Below, one piece after another: positions 9,058 to 18,363 of a stretch of DNA of 64,000 bases. Each line of letters begins with the position of its first letter. Within the stretch, counting starts at the first letter, position 1. The stretch comes from an uncultured Planctomycetota bacterium (lineage in GTDB: Bacteria; Planctomycetota; PLA2; JAEUHO01), in assembly GCA_963752285.1 (NCBI GenBank), contig CAVVXN010000003.1, positions 256,001 to 320,000 of the forward strand, in the 5' to 3' direction. The notes under the pieces are model-generated. The model made no database searches, was not told the origin of the DNA, and saw nothing but the letters and a program-made list of their open reading frames with translations. A program made the position numbers and the translations under genes.

Positions 9058-10289
9058 TGCGCGTCCTCGCCTTGGACGAGGCGCTCCCCTGGCCTCTCGA
9101 CTCGGGGAAGCGCATCCGGACCTGGGCCCTCCTCTCGCGCCTCGCGCGGGACTTCGAGATCGTGCTCGCGTACCCCGAGGCCGAGCCGCCCTCGCGCGAG
9201 GCGGTCGCCGCGTTCGGGGACGCCGGGATCGCCCTTCGCGCCGTGCCCCGGCGCGCGCTCGGGAAGCGCGGCGTCCGGTTCGCGTGGGACCTCCTGCGAA
9301 ACGTCGTCCTGCCAATGCCGTACATGGTGATGGCGCACGCGCCCCGCGGCGTGCGGCGCGAGGTCGCCGCGATCCTCGGGCGCGAGCGCTTCGACCTCGT
9401 GCACGTGGAGTGGACCCCGCTCGTGCGAAACGTCCCGGCCGACGCCCGCCTCCCCGTGGTCGTCGCGGCGCACAACGTCGAGACCGCGATCTGGGAGCGG
9501 ACGCTCGAGGCCGAGCGGCGACCGCTTCGTCGCGCGTACGTCGCACTGCAGGTCGTGAAGGTCCGGCGCTTCGAGCGTCGCGCGCTGGCGCGCGCGGACC
9601 GGGTGATCGCGGTGAGCCCGGACGACGCCGAGCGCATCCGTGCCGAGACGGGGCAGACGCGCATCACGGTCGTGCCGAACGGCGTGGACCCGCGTACGTT
9701 CGCGCCGCGGGACGACGTCCGGCCCGTGCCGGGCTCGGCCGTGTTCGTGGGCTCGCTCGACTGGCGGCCCAACCAGGACGGCCTGATCTGGTTCCTGGAC
9801 GAGGTGTGGCCCCGGGTCCTCGCGCGGCGCGCCGACGCGACCTTCGTCGCCGTCGGCCGCGCGCCGCCGGCCTGGCTCGCGCGGCGCCTCGGGTCCGCGC
9901 CGCGTACGCGCCTCGTCGCGGACGCGCCCGACGTCCGACCGTACGTCCTCGGCGCGGCCACGAGCGTCGTGCCGCTCCGGATCGGCGGTGGGTCGCGTCT
10001 CAAGATCCTCGAGGCGCTCGCGATGGAGCGTCCCGTCGTCTCGACGACGGTCGGCGGGGAGGGCCTGGACCTGGGCGAGGGCGTCGCCGTGGCCGACGGC
10101 CCCGAGGGGCTCGCGGACGCGATCGAGAACGTGTTCGAGCGTCCGGACGAGGCGCGGCGCGCCGCGCGACGTGGGCGCGAGACCGTCCTCCGGCACCATG
10201 CGTGGGACGTCCTCGCGCCGCTCCAGGCGGAGGCGTGGCGCGCCGCGGCGGGGGCGGGACACCGCGCGCCCGGGGAGGGCACGGCGTGA
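9054..10289 (+). CDS. GT4 glycosyltransferase (type common in PEP-CTERM EPS loci)
   Basis: 'PWPLDSGKRIRT', 'HNVE', 'VPNGVD', 'FVGSLDWRPNQDG', 'VPLRIGGGSRLKILEALAM'. Confidence 0.9.
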   Translation: MMRVLALDEALPWPLDSGKRIRTWALLSRLARDFEIVLAYPEAEPPSREAVAAFGDAGIALRAVPRRALGKRGVRFAWDLLRNVVLPMPYMVMAHAPRGVRREVAAILGRERFDLVHVEWTPLVRNVPADARLPVVVAAHNVETAIWERTLEAERRPLRRAYVALQVVKVRRFERRALARADRVIAVSPDDAERIRAETGQTRITVVPNGVDPRTFAPRDDVRPVPGSAVFVGSLDWRPNQDGLIWFLDEVWPRVLARRADATFVAVGRAPPAWLARRLGSAPRTRLVADAPDVRPYVLGAATSVVPLRIGGGSRLKILEALAMERPVVSTTVGGEGLDLGEGVAVADGPEGLADAIENVFERPDEARRAARRGRETVLRHHAWDVLAPLQAEAWRAAAGAGHRAPGEGTA

Positions 10290-11194
10290 GCGCCCTCCTC
10301 GACGCCGCGCTCTGTGCGCTCGGCGCGGACCGCGCACTGCGACGCCTGCGTCGCCACGACCTGGCCGTGCTCATGTACCACGGGCTCGCCGAACGCGCGC
10401 TCGACCCGTTCTGCTGGCACGTGCTCGACGTCGCCCGCTTCCGGCGGCAGGTCGAGTGGGCGGCGGCGCGGTACACGGTGCTCCCGCTCGCGGACGCGCT
10501 CGACCGCTGGCGTGCGGGGACGCTTCCCGAGCGCTCCCTGGCGCTCACCTTCGACGACGGCTACGAGAGCGTCGTCCGGCTGGGGTTGCCGATCCTCGAG
10601 CGTCTGGGCCTCCCCGCGACGGTCTTCCTGGTGACGGAGGCCGTGGACCTCGGCCAGCGCCTCTGGCCGGACCGCGTGTACGCGCACCTCGCGGCGGCGG
10701 GCGACGACGTGCCGGCCATCGACGCGGCGCTCGCGCGGATGAAGTCGATGTCACGCGAGGAGAAGGCCTTGCACCTCGTCCGCCTCGAGGCGCAAGCGCC
10801 CTCCGGGCTCCGAGAGCGGCTCGCGCCCTTTCGCCTGCTCACGTGGGACGACGTGACGCGCGCGGCCGCGGGCGGCCTTCTCGACTTCGGGCCGCACTCG
10901 CTCACGCACGAGATCCTGTCGCGGTGCGACGACCACGAGGTCGTCCGCCAGGTGTCGGGGTCGGTCGAGGCGGTGGCCCGCCACGTCGGCCGAAGGCCGA
11001 GGGTGTTCGCGTACCCCAACGGACGGCTCGTGGACTTCGACGATCGCGCGCGCGCGGCGGTCGCGGCCGCGGGCCTCGAATACGCCCTCGCGACCGTCCC
11101 GGGCGCGGTGGGGCGCACGGCCGACCCGTACGCGCTGCCCCGGGTCTCGATCGGCGCGGACCTCTCGTTCGTGCGGTTCCGACTCCTCGTCTGA
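10286..11194 (+). CDS. Polysaccharide deacetylase (CE4/NodB family)
   Basis: 'VLMYH', 'LTFDDGY', 'GPHSLTH', 'FAYPNG'; GTG start overlapping the upstream stop. Confidence 0.9.
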   Translation: MSALLDAALCALGADRALRRLRRHDLAVLMYHGLAERALDPFCWHVLDVARFRRQVEWAAARYTVLPLADALDRWRAGTLPERSLALTFDDGYESVVRLGLPILERLGLPATVFLVTEAVDLGQRLWPDRVYAHLAAAGDDVPAIDAALARMKSMSREEKALHLVRLEAQAPSGLRERLAPFRLLTWDDVTRAAAGGLLDFGPHSLTHEILSRCDDHEVVRQVSGSVEAVARHVGRRPRVFAYPNGRLVDFDDRARAAVAAAGLEYALATVPGAVGRTADPYALPRVSIGADLSFVRFRLLV

Positions 11195-11326
11195 GACCGG
11201 TCGCGGTCGGCCGCCCCCCGCCGGCCCCGTCCCGGGCGTCCTTCGCCGGCCCCAAGGGGTAGGATCCGCCGACCGTTCGCGGCGGCTCGTGCCCCGTCGG
11301 GCGGTCCCGATCTCCTGGAGTGCACC

Positions 11327-11935
11327 ATGGTGCGAAGCCCGCGCGTCCGAACCGTCGTCCTCTCCGCTCTGGCGGTCCTCGTCGCCGGCGGCATCGCCCT
11401 CGCCGCCGACCACTGGAAGCCGAACGAGTACAAGGGGCCGGCGCGCTACAAGTACAAGGTCACCAGCTACGACGGGGACCAGAAGAACGAGGTGGTCTAC
11501 ATCCTCGACATCCAGGCCACCGGTCAGAAGAACGCCGACGGCCAGCCGCTCCTCCGCGTGTCCACGACGACCGAGACCCTGACGACCCAGGACGACCTCA
11601 CGAGCTCGGGATACCTCGGCTTCTCGCCCGCGCAGGCGTGGGCGCCCCTCGTCGCGAGCAGCGCGATGTACATCGCGTGGATGGGCCAGCTCGACCTGGA
11701 GGTGGGCGAGAAGATGAGCTTCTTCGGCGTGGGGAAGGCGAAGGTGCTCGCGAAGGAGACCGTCGCCGGCGTCGAAGGCTACGCCTGCGAGATCTCCATG
11801 AAGGACGGCGACGAGGAGAAGAAGGTCGCGGACCTCGTCGTGAGCCCGGACCTGCCCCTCGCGCTGAGGAGCCGGACGTACTCGGACGGAAAGGTGCAGT
11901 TCGAGATGGAGCTCCTGGAGTACCAGAAGCACTGA
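11327..11935 (+). CDS. Secreted hypothetical protein (202 aa, predicted beta-rich)
   Basis: GGAG Shine-Dalgarno; signal peptide ending 'GIALA'; normal protein-like composition, unlike the shadow ORFs. Confidence 0.8.
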   Translation: MVRSPRVRTVVLSALAVLVAGGIALAADHWKPNEYKGPARYKYKVTSYDGDQKNEVVYILDIQATGQKNADGQPLLRVSTTTETLTTQDDLTSSGYLGFSPAQAWAPLVASSAMYIAWMGQLDLEVGEKMSFFGVGKAKVLAKETVAGVEGYACEISMKDGDEEKKVADLVVSPDLPLALRSRTYSDGKVQFEMELLEYQKH

Positions 11936-12047
11936 TCCGGCGGCGCGGACCCGCGGGTTCTCCCGAGCACGCGCGCGCGTCCCGAGCGGGGACCGTGCCC
12001 GCCGCGGGCGGGCGCTCCGCGGGTCCGCGGCGCCTCGGCGCGCGAGA

Positions 12048-12100
12048 GCGCGCTCGTTCACGTGCTCGTGCGGGGGGGCGCGATCGTTCTCGTGCTCGTG
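12048..12100. repeat. Two 23-bp direct repeats with a 30-bp period (GCGCG[C/A]TCGTTC[A/T]CGTGCTCGTG)
   Basis: 12048-12070 and 12078-12100 match at 21 of 23 positions. Confidence 0.75.
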
Positions 12101-12205
12101 GAGGTGGCCGCGTGGGGGTCGCCTGCTACGCTCCGGACGAGCGGGGCCTTCGCCGGGGAGCCCGAGAGGCGCGGCGCGGCCCCGCGGTCCCTCGGGGGGG
12201 CCTCG

Positions 12206-12802
12206 GTGCGGGATCCCGGTCCGAACAGAGACGCGGAGGAGGCTCGGTTCCGCCGCGGTGTCCGCTGCCTTTGCCCGGAGGCGTGGGAGCGTCTCGTGCT
12301 CGAGGCGGGCCCGGTCGTCGGGCGGACCATCGCGCGGAGGCTCCCGTCGTTCGCCGACCGCGAGGGCGTCGCCGGCGAGACGTGGTACCAGGCCGTTCGG
12401 AGCGTCGGGCGCTACCTCCCGGAGCGCGACCCGCGCGCGTGGGTCGTCGGCATCTGCCGCCTGGTGTGTCGGAGCGAGCGGCGTGCGCTCGGCCGGGCCG
12501 CGGGCCGTGCGATCGGTCCCGTGCCCCGACGTCGGGGCTCGCTCCCGCCCGTCTGGGTCCACGAGGCGCACGAGCACCTCGCGACGGCCGTCATGCGCCT
12601 GCCCCGACGCGAGCGGGAGGTGGTGTTCCTCCGCTACCAGCACGGGTACGACGCCGCCGACATCGCCCGGGTGCTGGGCGTCGACGTGTCCGTCGTGCGG
12701 CACACGCTGAGGAAGGCGCTCCTCCGTCTCCAGGAGGGAGACCGGACGAAGACGCTCCGACGCTGCCGCGAGCTCCTGGCCGAGAGCGAGCCGGCCCGAT
12801 GA
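12206..12802 (+). CDS. ECF-type RNA polymerase sigma-70 factor
   Basis: Region 2-like 'EAWERLV...RAWVVGICR'; region 4 'LPRREREVVFLRYQHGYDAADIARVLGVDVSVVRHTLRKALLRL'. Start uncertain (GTG 12206 chosen). Confidence 0.8.
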   Translation: MRDPGPNRDAEEARFRRGVRCLCPEAWERLVLEAGPVVGRTIARRLPSFADREGVAGETWYQAVRSVGRYLPERDPRAWVVGICRLVCRSERRALGRAAGRAIGPVPRRRGSLPPVWVHEAHEHLATAVMRLPRREREVVFLRYQHGYDAADIARVLGVDVSVVRHTLRKALLRLQEGDRTKTLRRCRELLAESEPAR

Positions 12803-14268
12803 GCCCCCCGCTCGGCGCGTGCGACCGCCTCGTGGACGCGCTCCTCGACGGCAGCTACGACGAGGCGCCCTCCGCGTGGGCCCCGCACCTCGCCGGGTGC
12901 GGGGCGTGCCGCGACGCCGTGGCGGGGCACCGGTACCTGTGCGGGCTCTTCGCGTCCGAGGCGGGTGGAGCGCCGTCCGAGGACGGGGCGCGTCGTGACG
13001 AGGCGCGCGCCACCGTCCGCCGCGCCCTCGACCGGAACCGTCGCCGGCGGCGGTGGCGGGCGTCCCGCTTCGCCGCCGCCGCCGCCGCCGTTCTCGCGCT
13101 CGCCTTCGTGACGCGCTCGGACGCCGAGGCGCGGTACCGGCTCCCGGCGGACCCGATGGCCCGGGCCATGTACCTCTTCCGCGCGACCTGGGGCTACGAC
13201 CGAGGCGACCTCGGGCGCCTCAAGCGCGACCCGGAGATGCGCGCCCTGTTCGTCCGCGCGCTCGACGACGAGTCGTCCATCGTGCGCCGGTTCGCGATCG
13301 ACGGTCTGCTCGAGAGCGGCGTCGCGGTGGATGCGCGGCACATCGACGAGGCGCTCACGAGCTGGGGGGAGAACCTCCTCGAGCCGCTGGAGCTGGCGGC
13401 GAGCGCCGACGGCGGCCGGTACCTCGGCGACGCGCTCCGCGCCCAGCGCACGGAGACGCTCGCGAACGTCCTGGAGGGGTTGATCGTCACGTTCGCCCAG
13501 GGCCACCTGGAGGTCGATGCGTCGCACGTCGTCCCCTTCCTGGACGACCCCGACGCCCGCGTGCGCCGGGCCGCGGTCCTGGCGCTCGAGTGGCATCCCG
13601 GCTACGCGCCGGGCCCGGAGATGGAGCGCCTCGTGGAGAGGGACCCCGATCCCGAGGTGCGCCGCACGGCCGCGGGCCTGCTCCTGAAGAAGCGGGGCGG
13701 GGACGCCGTCCCGTTCCTCGTGGGCACGCTCCGGTCGCACGAGGATCCGAAGCTCGAGAGCTTCGTGGCGTACCTGCTCGGGGCCTACGACGAGGGCCGC
13801 GCGCTCTCGCGCGACCGGCTCGCCTCCCGGGACACCGAGATCTCGCTCGCGATGGTCCACCTGACGGTGCTCTGGCGGGCGGGCGAGAAGCAGCGTCGCG
13901 ACGACTGGATCGCGCGGGCGCTCTCGAGCCCGAGCGTGGAGGCGCACCGACTCCTCTCGGAGCTCGCCGCGCGCGCGGGGTGGGACGACCTGTGGGACCC
14001 GCTCGAGGCCTGCTGGGACCGCGACGAAGACGGCTTCCTCCGCGACCACTTCGGTGCGGACCTCGTCGACTGGGACCTCGCGCGGGGCGAGGACGGCTGG
14101 CTCGAGCGCGCGCAGGGCGTGTTCGTCCGTTCGGGCCGGTACCAGGGGATCACGGTCTCGCGCAGCTTCGCGCGGTTTCGCCAGAAGACGCCGAGCCCCG
14201 CGGTGGTGGAGCGGACCCTCCGTTTCCTCCACAGCCTGGGGATCCCCGCGGAGGGGCCAGGCAGGTAG
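12799..14268 (+). CDS. Putative zinc-binding anti-sigma factor with a TM helix and extracytoplasmic HEAT-like repeats
   Basis: ATGA-coupled to the sigma gene; HxxxCxxC motif 'HLAGCGAC'; Arg cluster then TM 'FAAAAAAVLALAFV'; repeats 'LDDESSIVRRFA', 'LDDPDARVRRAA', 'DPDPEVRRTAA'. Confidence 0.75.
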   Translation: MSPPLGACDRLVDALLDGSYDEAPSAWAPHLAGCGACRDAVAGHRYLCGLFASEAGGAPSEDGARRDEARATVRRALDRNRRRRRWRASRFAAAAAAVLALAFVTRSDAEARYRLPADPMARAMYLFRATWGYDRGDLGRLKRDPEMRALFVRALDDESSIVRRFAIDGLLESGVAVDARHIDEALTSWGENLLEPLELAASADGGRYLGDALRAQRTETLANVLEGLIVTFAQGHLEVDASHVVPFLDDPDARVRRAAVLALEWHPGYAPGPEMERLVERDPDPEVRRTAAGLLLKKRGGDAVPFLVGTLRSHEDPKLESFVAYLLGAYDEGRALSRDRLASRDTEISLAMVHLTVLWRAGEKQRRDDWIARALSSPSVEAHRLLSELAARAGWDDLWDPLEACWDRDEDGFLRDHFGADLVDWDLARGEDGWLERAQGVFVRSGRYQGITVSRSFARFRQKTPSPAVVERTLRFLHSLGIPAEGPGR

Positions 14269-14517
14269 GCGTACCCCTCCCGACGGGGTCGGCGGTCGCT
14301 CGTCTGAGGGCGCGCCGGCTCTCGCGAGCGGGCTCGCCGCGGTGCTCTCCCTCTCATCCCGCGGGTCGCTCCCGGTCGGACCCCGACTCGTGAGCGCCCG
14401 CTCGTGGCGGGTCCGTGGCTCCGTGGACGGACGAGCCGTCTTCGGACCGCGTGGCCTCCACCCTTCCTTTGGGTCGGAGGCCGCGAAAGGGTTCCACGAT
14501 TCTCGTGATGCTGAGCA

Positions 14518-15780
14518 TCAGCGGGGCTGATGGACCGCGCGGGCGGCGGACGGACGCGTGCGGCGGGTCGGCATCTTCGAGACGACGCGACCGCCCGACC
14601 GGCCGTCTCGGCTCCGGTCCGGCGCGGGGCCGGGGACGTCGAGGGCGCGCGGGCCCGCGCCGACGAGGGCGCGGAAGATCGACTCGAGCCGCGCGGTCTG
14701 GGCCGCGGCGCCGAAGCGCTCGCGGACGCGCGCCGCCGCCCGGGTCGCCCGGGCGCCCGCGTCCTCGGGATCGGCGAGCGCGTCCGAGAGCGCGCGCCGA
14801 AGAGCCTCGACGTCGCCGGGCGGCACGAGCCTCCCCGCCCGCCCGTGGTCGAGCGCGTCCGCGACGGCTCCCACGTCGGTCGCGACGACCGGGACGCCGG
14901 CCGCCATCGCCTCGAGCACGGCCAGGGGAAGCCCCTCCGCACGCGAAGGGAGGACCAGCAGGTCGGCCGCGCCGAGGCACGCGTGCGGGTCGTCCCGCCA
15001 GCCGACGAGGCGCACGCGTCCTGAGAGGTCGGCCCGCGCCGCGCGGGCCTCCAGCGCGCCGCGGAGCGCGCCGTCGCCGACCAGGACGAGCCGCGCGTTC
15101 GCAACACGGGTCCGCGCGAAGGCCTCCAGGAGCACGTCCTGACCCTTCTCGGGGCTCAGGCGGCCGAGACAGAGCAGGACGCGTTCGTCCTCTCCGACGC
15201 CGAACGCGGCCCGCGAGGCCGCGCGCCCGGCCCGCGCCGCGTCGGCCACCTCGTCGGCGGCGACGCCGTTCGGCACGACGACGAGGCGGGCGCGCGGCGT
15301 GCCGGAGGCGGAGAGGCGGGCGGCGAGCGCCTCGGACGGCACGACGACCCGGTCCCAGCTCGGGAGCACCCGCCGGTCGAGGGCCTCGAAGACGCGCACC
15401 TTCCAGTCCTGTGCCGTGTAGCCGTGGACCACGGCGACGCGGGGTCGGTCGCGGGCGGCCAGGTACGCGACGAGGTCCGCCCGGTAGTCGTGGCTGACCA
15501 CGACGTGCGGGTCGAGGCGACGGACGAGCGCGCGGGCGCGGCGCCACGCGCGCGGGTCGTACGAGCCGCCACGGCCGATCGCCTCCGTCGCGATCCCGAG
15601 CGCGCGCGCGCGGTCGAGGAGCGGGTGAACCGTCCCGGGCGCTGCGAACGCCGCGAGCGTCACGTCGAGGTCGCTCGCGGCGAGGCGCGCCTGGTCGAGC
15701 AGCAGGCGTTCGGGGCCGCCGAAGCGGTCGCTGTTCCTCACGTGGAGGACGCGGATCGTCCGGGGCGCGCTCGCGGTCAC
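14518..15780 (-). CDS. GT4 glycosyltransferase
   Basis: GTG start overlapping the upstream TGA; 'FGGPER', 'VPNGV', 'GRLSPEKG', 'LPSRAEGLPLAVLEAMAAGVPVVATDVG'. Confidence 0.9.
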   Translation of the reverse strand: MTASAPRTIRVLHVRNSDRFGGPERLLLDQARLAASDLDVTLAAFAAPGTVHPLLDRARALGIATEAIGRGGSYDPRAWRRARALVRRLDPHVVVSHDYRADLVAYLAARDRPRVAVVHGYTAQDWKVRVFEALDRRVLPSWDRVVVPSEALAARLSASGTPRARLVVVPNGVAADEVADAARAGRAASRAAFGVGEDERVLLCLGRLSPEKGQDVLLEAFARTRVANARLVLVGDGALRGALEARAARADLSGRVRLVGWRDDPHACLGAADLLVLPSRAEGLPLAVLEAMAAGVPVVATDVGAVADALDHGRAGRLVPPGDVEALRRALSDALADPEDAGARATRAAARVRERFGAAAQTARLESIFRALVGAGPRALDVPGPAPDRSRDGRSGGRVVSKMPTRRTRPSAARAVHQPR

Positions 15781-18188
15781 GGTCCCCGGTCCTCGACGCG
15801 CGTCGTGACGAGCGCGCCGGCGCCCGACGGGCCGAGGTGCCCCGCGAGGTCCACGGCCCGGACCGAGGGACGGTACGTCGTGGAGGGATCCAGACCCGCC
15901 ACCACGAACGCGGGCGCGTCGGTCACGCCGACGACGCGGTCGTCGAGCAGCACGACGTAGGCGAGGACGCCGGTGTCGTCCGCCGCGGGGGTCCAGCGCA
16001 GGTACACGCGGCTGGCCGAGAGCGGCGACGCCACGACGGCGTCCGGCGCGGCGGGCGCGGTGCCGTCGGCCGTCGCGGAGGCGGTCGCGAGGTCCACGAC
16101 CCACGCGGTGGGGCCGTCCATCGCGACCGTCGCGCCCCACGCGCCGACGCCGGCCTTTGCGACGTCCACGCGGAACGGCCCCCGGGCGTCGAAGGCCGGG
16201 CCGCGCGTCACCGCCTCGACGAGGACGTCGCCCGCGAACCGGCCGTCCGTGCCGGTCGTGCCCTGGAGCACCACCTGCCCCGCCCGGTCGTGGACCGTCA
16301 CGGACGCGCCCGCGACCGGGACGGCGCCCTTCCGCACGAGGAGCGCGAGCGTCGCCTCGCGCGTCGAGTCGTAGGGGCCGGGGCTCGCCCACTGGCTCAC
16401 GCCGAGGGGGTCGGCGTCGCCCAGCGGGTCCTCGAACCGGGTGCCGTGGGTGGCGGAGGTGTCGCCCGTGAGGAAGTGCTCGAACACGAAGGCGTGTCCC
16501 GCGCCCTGGCTCGTGTCGCGCGTCCACCAGTTCCGGAGGTGCCGGCCTGCGCCCCCGCCGTCCCAGTCGTGGAACACGAGCACGTCGGTCGCCGTGAAGA
16601 CGTTCTCCTCGATCGTGACGTCCGCCGGCGCCACGGACGAGCCCCACGACCACGAGAGGGCGCGCGAGAGGAGGGACGGGGTCGTCGAGATCGCCTCGAA
16701 GCGGTTGTGGCGCACGAGGAGCCCCGTCGCCGAGCCGATCGAGAGGTCGAGCGCGTACACCTCGGCGTGCGCGGGGTCTGCGACGCCGCGCACGCGGTTC
16801 CGCTCGATGGTGACCGACGAGGCGCCCTCCATCTTGATGCCGTGCGCCCAGTGCTTGTCGGGGTACTCGGCGTTCGTCTGGTCCTGGAAGTCCACGGAGT
16901 TGTCGTGGATCCACGCGTCGTTGCCCTTCGCGTCGATCCCGTCGATGTGGATCCCGCGCGACTCCCCGTGGAGGACGTTCTCGTACACGTCCGCGCGCGG
17001 CTTGTGCACGGCGAGCATGTAGCCGTTCACCACGAGCGCCTTCGTCCCCTGGACGCGGTCGTGGTGGATCAGCACCCGGCCGTTCGTCTGGCGTCCCTCG
17101 ACGTTGATGCCCCACTGCGGGCTCGAGAGCACCGCGTCCTCGTCGACCTCCACCGAGTCGTCGGCCTGCTCGACGAAGATCGCGGCCACGCCGGGGTAGT
17201 GACGGTCGGACACCACGGTCGTCTGGCAGCGCACCGTCGTGTGGTCCACGCGCGCGTCCCCGGGCTCGACCAGCCACACGCCCATCGCGTCGGGGCCCGA
17301 GACCGTCACGTCGAGGTAGGAGATCCTCACCCCGTCGGTCCCGCGCATGTGGACCCCGTGCCCCCGCGCGCCCGACCCGCCCTGTACGAGCCGGCCGTGC
17401 CGGACGACCGTCGGCGCGCCGCGGCTCGGGTACTCCGCGTACACGCCCACCGCGTCGGGCGCGCCGCCCGTCCCGTACGTGACCGTGTGCCCGCCGAGGT
17501 CCAGCGTGACGCCGGCGCCCGTGACCCAGAACGCCGTGCCGGGCGTGGACACGTCCTTCGTGAGGAGGTAGGTCGCGCCGTCCTGGGCGAGGGTCGCGGG
17601 GCCCGAGATCGCGAGGCTGCCCGCCGGCGGCGCGGGGAGGTCGTCCCCGGCGACGCGCGCGGCGACGCCGATCCCGAGGGGCGTGAGCACGCCCGCCCGG
17701 CGCGCCTGCACGGCGAGCTGGAGGGTCCGCCCCGGCTCGAGGCCGCGGACCGTGATCGACTCCGGCTGTCCCGGGGCCTTCGGCGCGGCCGCGACGGCGA
17801 TCGTCTGGGCCTCCGAGAGGGTGTCGTCGGAGAGATGGCGGACGCCCGCGCGGACCACGTACGCCTCCGCCGGCCCCTCGCCGGCTCCGCCCGGCGCGAC
17901 GAAGTCGAGGACCACGCTGCCCGGCTCGGGACCGGTCCGGGCGAGGAGGCCCTCGACGGCGATGTCGAGCGGGACGTCCGGCGGCGTGACGGGGCCGGGG
18001 TCCACCGGCGGCGGGTTCCCGGCGGGCCCCGCCCCGCCCGCGCCGCCGCACGCCGAGAGGAGCACCCAGACGAGGACACCGAGGGAAGACGTCACGCGAC
18101 GAGCCTCGCGCGTTCCGACCCGGGTGCGCCGGGCCCCGGACCGGCCGACGAGCGCTCGGAGGGGGACAGGGAGAGCCTGGATCCGCAT
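15777..18188 (-). CDS. Putative lipoprotein with FN3-like, right-handed parallel beta-helix, carboxypeptidase-regulatory-like and FN3 domains
   Basis: Lipobox LSAC (alternative GTG start 18095); FN3-like 'ITVRGLEPGRT' and 'WTPAADDTGVLAY...GLDPSTTY..SVRAVDLAGH'; PbH1-like repeats ('GIHIDG', 'AWIHDN', 'VTIERN', 'LVRHN'). Confidence 0.75.
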   Translation of the reverse strand: MRIQALPVPLRALVGRSGARRTRVGTREARRVTSSLGVLVWVLLSACGGAGGAGPAGNPPPVDPGPVTPPDVPLDIAVEGLLARTGPEPGSVVLDFVAPGGAGEGPAEAYVVRAGVRHLSDDTLSEAQTIAVAAAPKAPGQPESITVRGLEPGRTLQLAVQARRAGVLTPLGIGVAARVAGDDLPAPPAGSLAISGPATLAQDGATYLLTKDVSTPGTAFWVTGAGVTLDLGGHTVTYGTGGAPDAVGVYAEYPSRGAPTVVRHGRLVQGGSGARGHGVHMRGTDGVRISYLDVTVSGPDAMGVWLVEPGDARVDHTTVRCQTTVVSDRHYPGVAAIFVEQADDSVEVDEDAVLSSPQWGINVEGRQTNGRVLIHHDRVQGTKALVVNGYMLAVHKPRADVYENVLHGESRGIHIDGIDAKGNDAWIHDNSVDFQDQTNAEYPDKHWAHGIKMEGASSVTIERNRVRGVADPAHAEVYALDLSIGSATGLLVRHNRFEAISTTPSLLSRALSWSWGSSVAPADVTIEENVFTATDVLVFHDWDGGGAGRHLRNWWTRDTSQGAGHAFVFEHFLTGDTSATHGTRFEDPLGDADPLGVSQWASPGPYDSTREATLALLVRKGAVPVAGASVTVHDRAGQVVLQGTTGTDGRFAGDVLVEAVTRGPAFDARGPFRVDVAKAGVGAWGATVAMDGPTAWVVDLATASATADGTAPAAPDAVVASPLSASRVYLRWTPAADDTGVLAYVVLLDDRVVGVTDAPAFVVAGLDPSTTYRPSVRAVDLAGHLGPSGAGALVTTRVEDRGP

Positions 18189-18251
18189 GGGAGCCCCGGA
18201 CCTCGACGCGCCGGGAGGTGGAACGCCATCCTCCCGGCCCCTTCGGCCCCG

Positions 18252-18267
18252 AGCAATCCCCGCTCCA
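18252..18267 (-). promoter_or_regulatory. Sigma-54 (-24/-12) promoter motif TGGAGCGGGGATTGCT
   Basis: GG-N10-GC with TTGC, in the intergenic region, oriented toward the beta-helix gene about 64 nt downstream. Confidence 0.6.
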
Positions 18268-18363
18268 TTCGCGATCCGTTGGGCCGGACCCGCCCCGGGG
18301 GGCGCGCGGGCGCGCTCGTCCGTACTTTGCCGGAGCCGGGCGGCGCCGGCGCGTCCTCGAGGA

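Noticed and set aside
14440..14530. c-di-GMP-I riboswitch (GCGAAAG, hairpins)
   Set aside because: The GGCAAAC...GACGCAAAGC core is absent and the region lies between convergent 3' ends.
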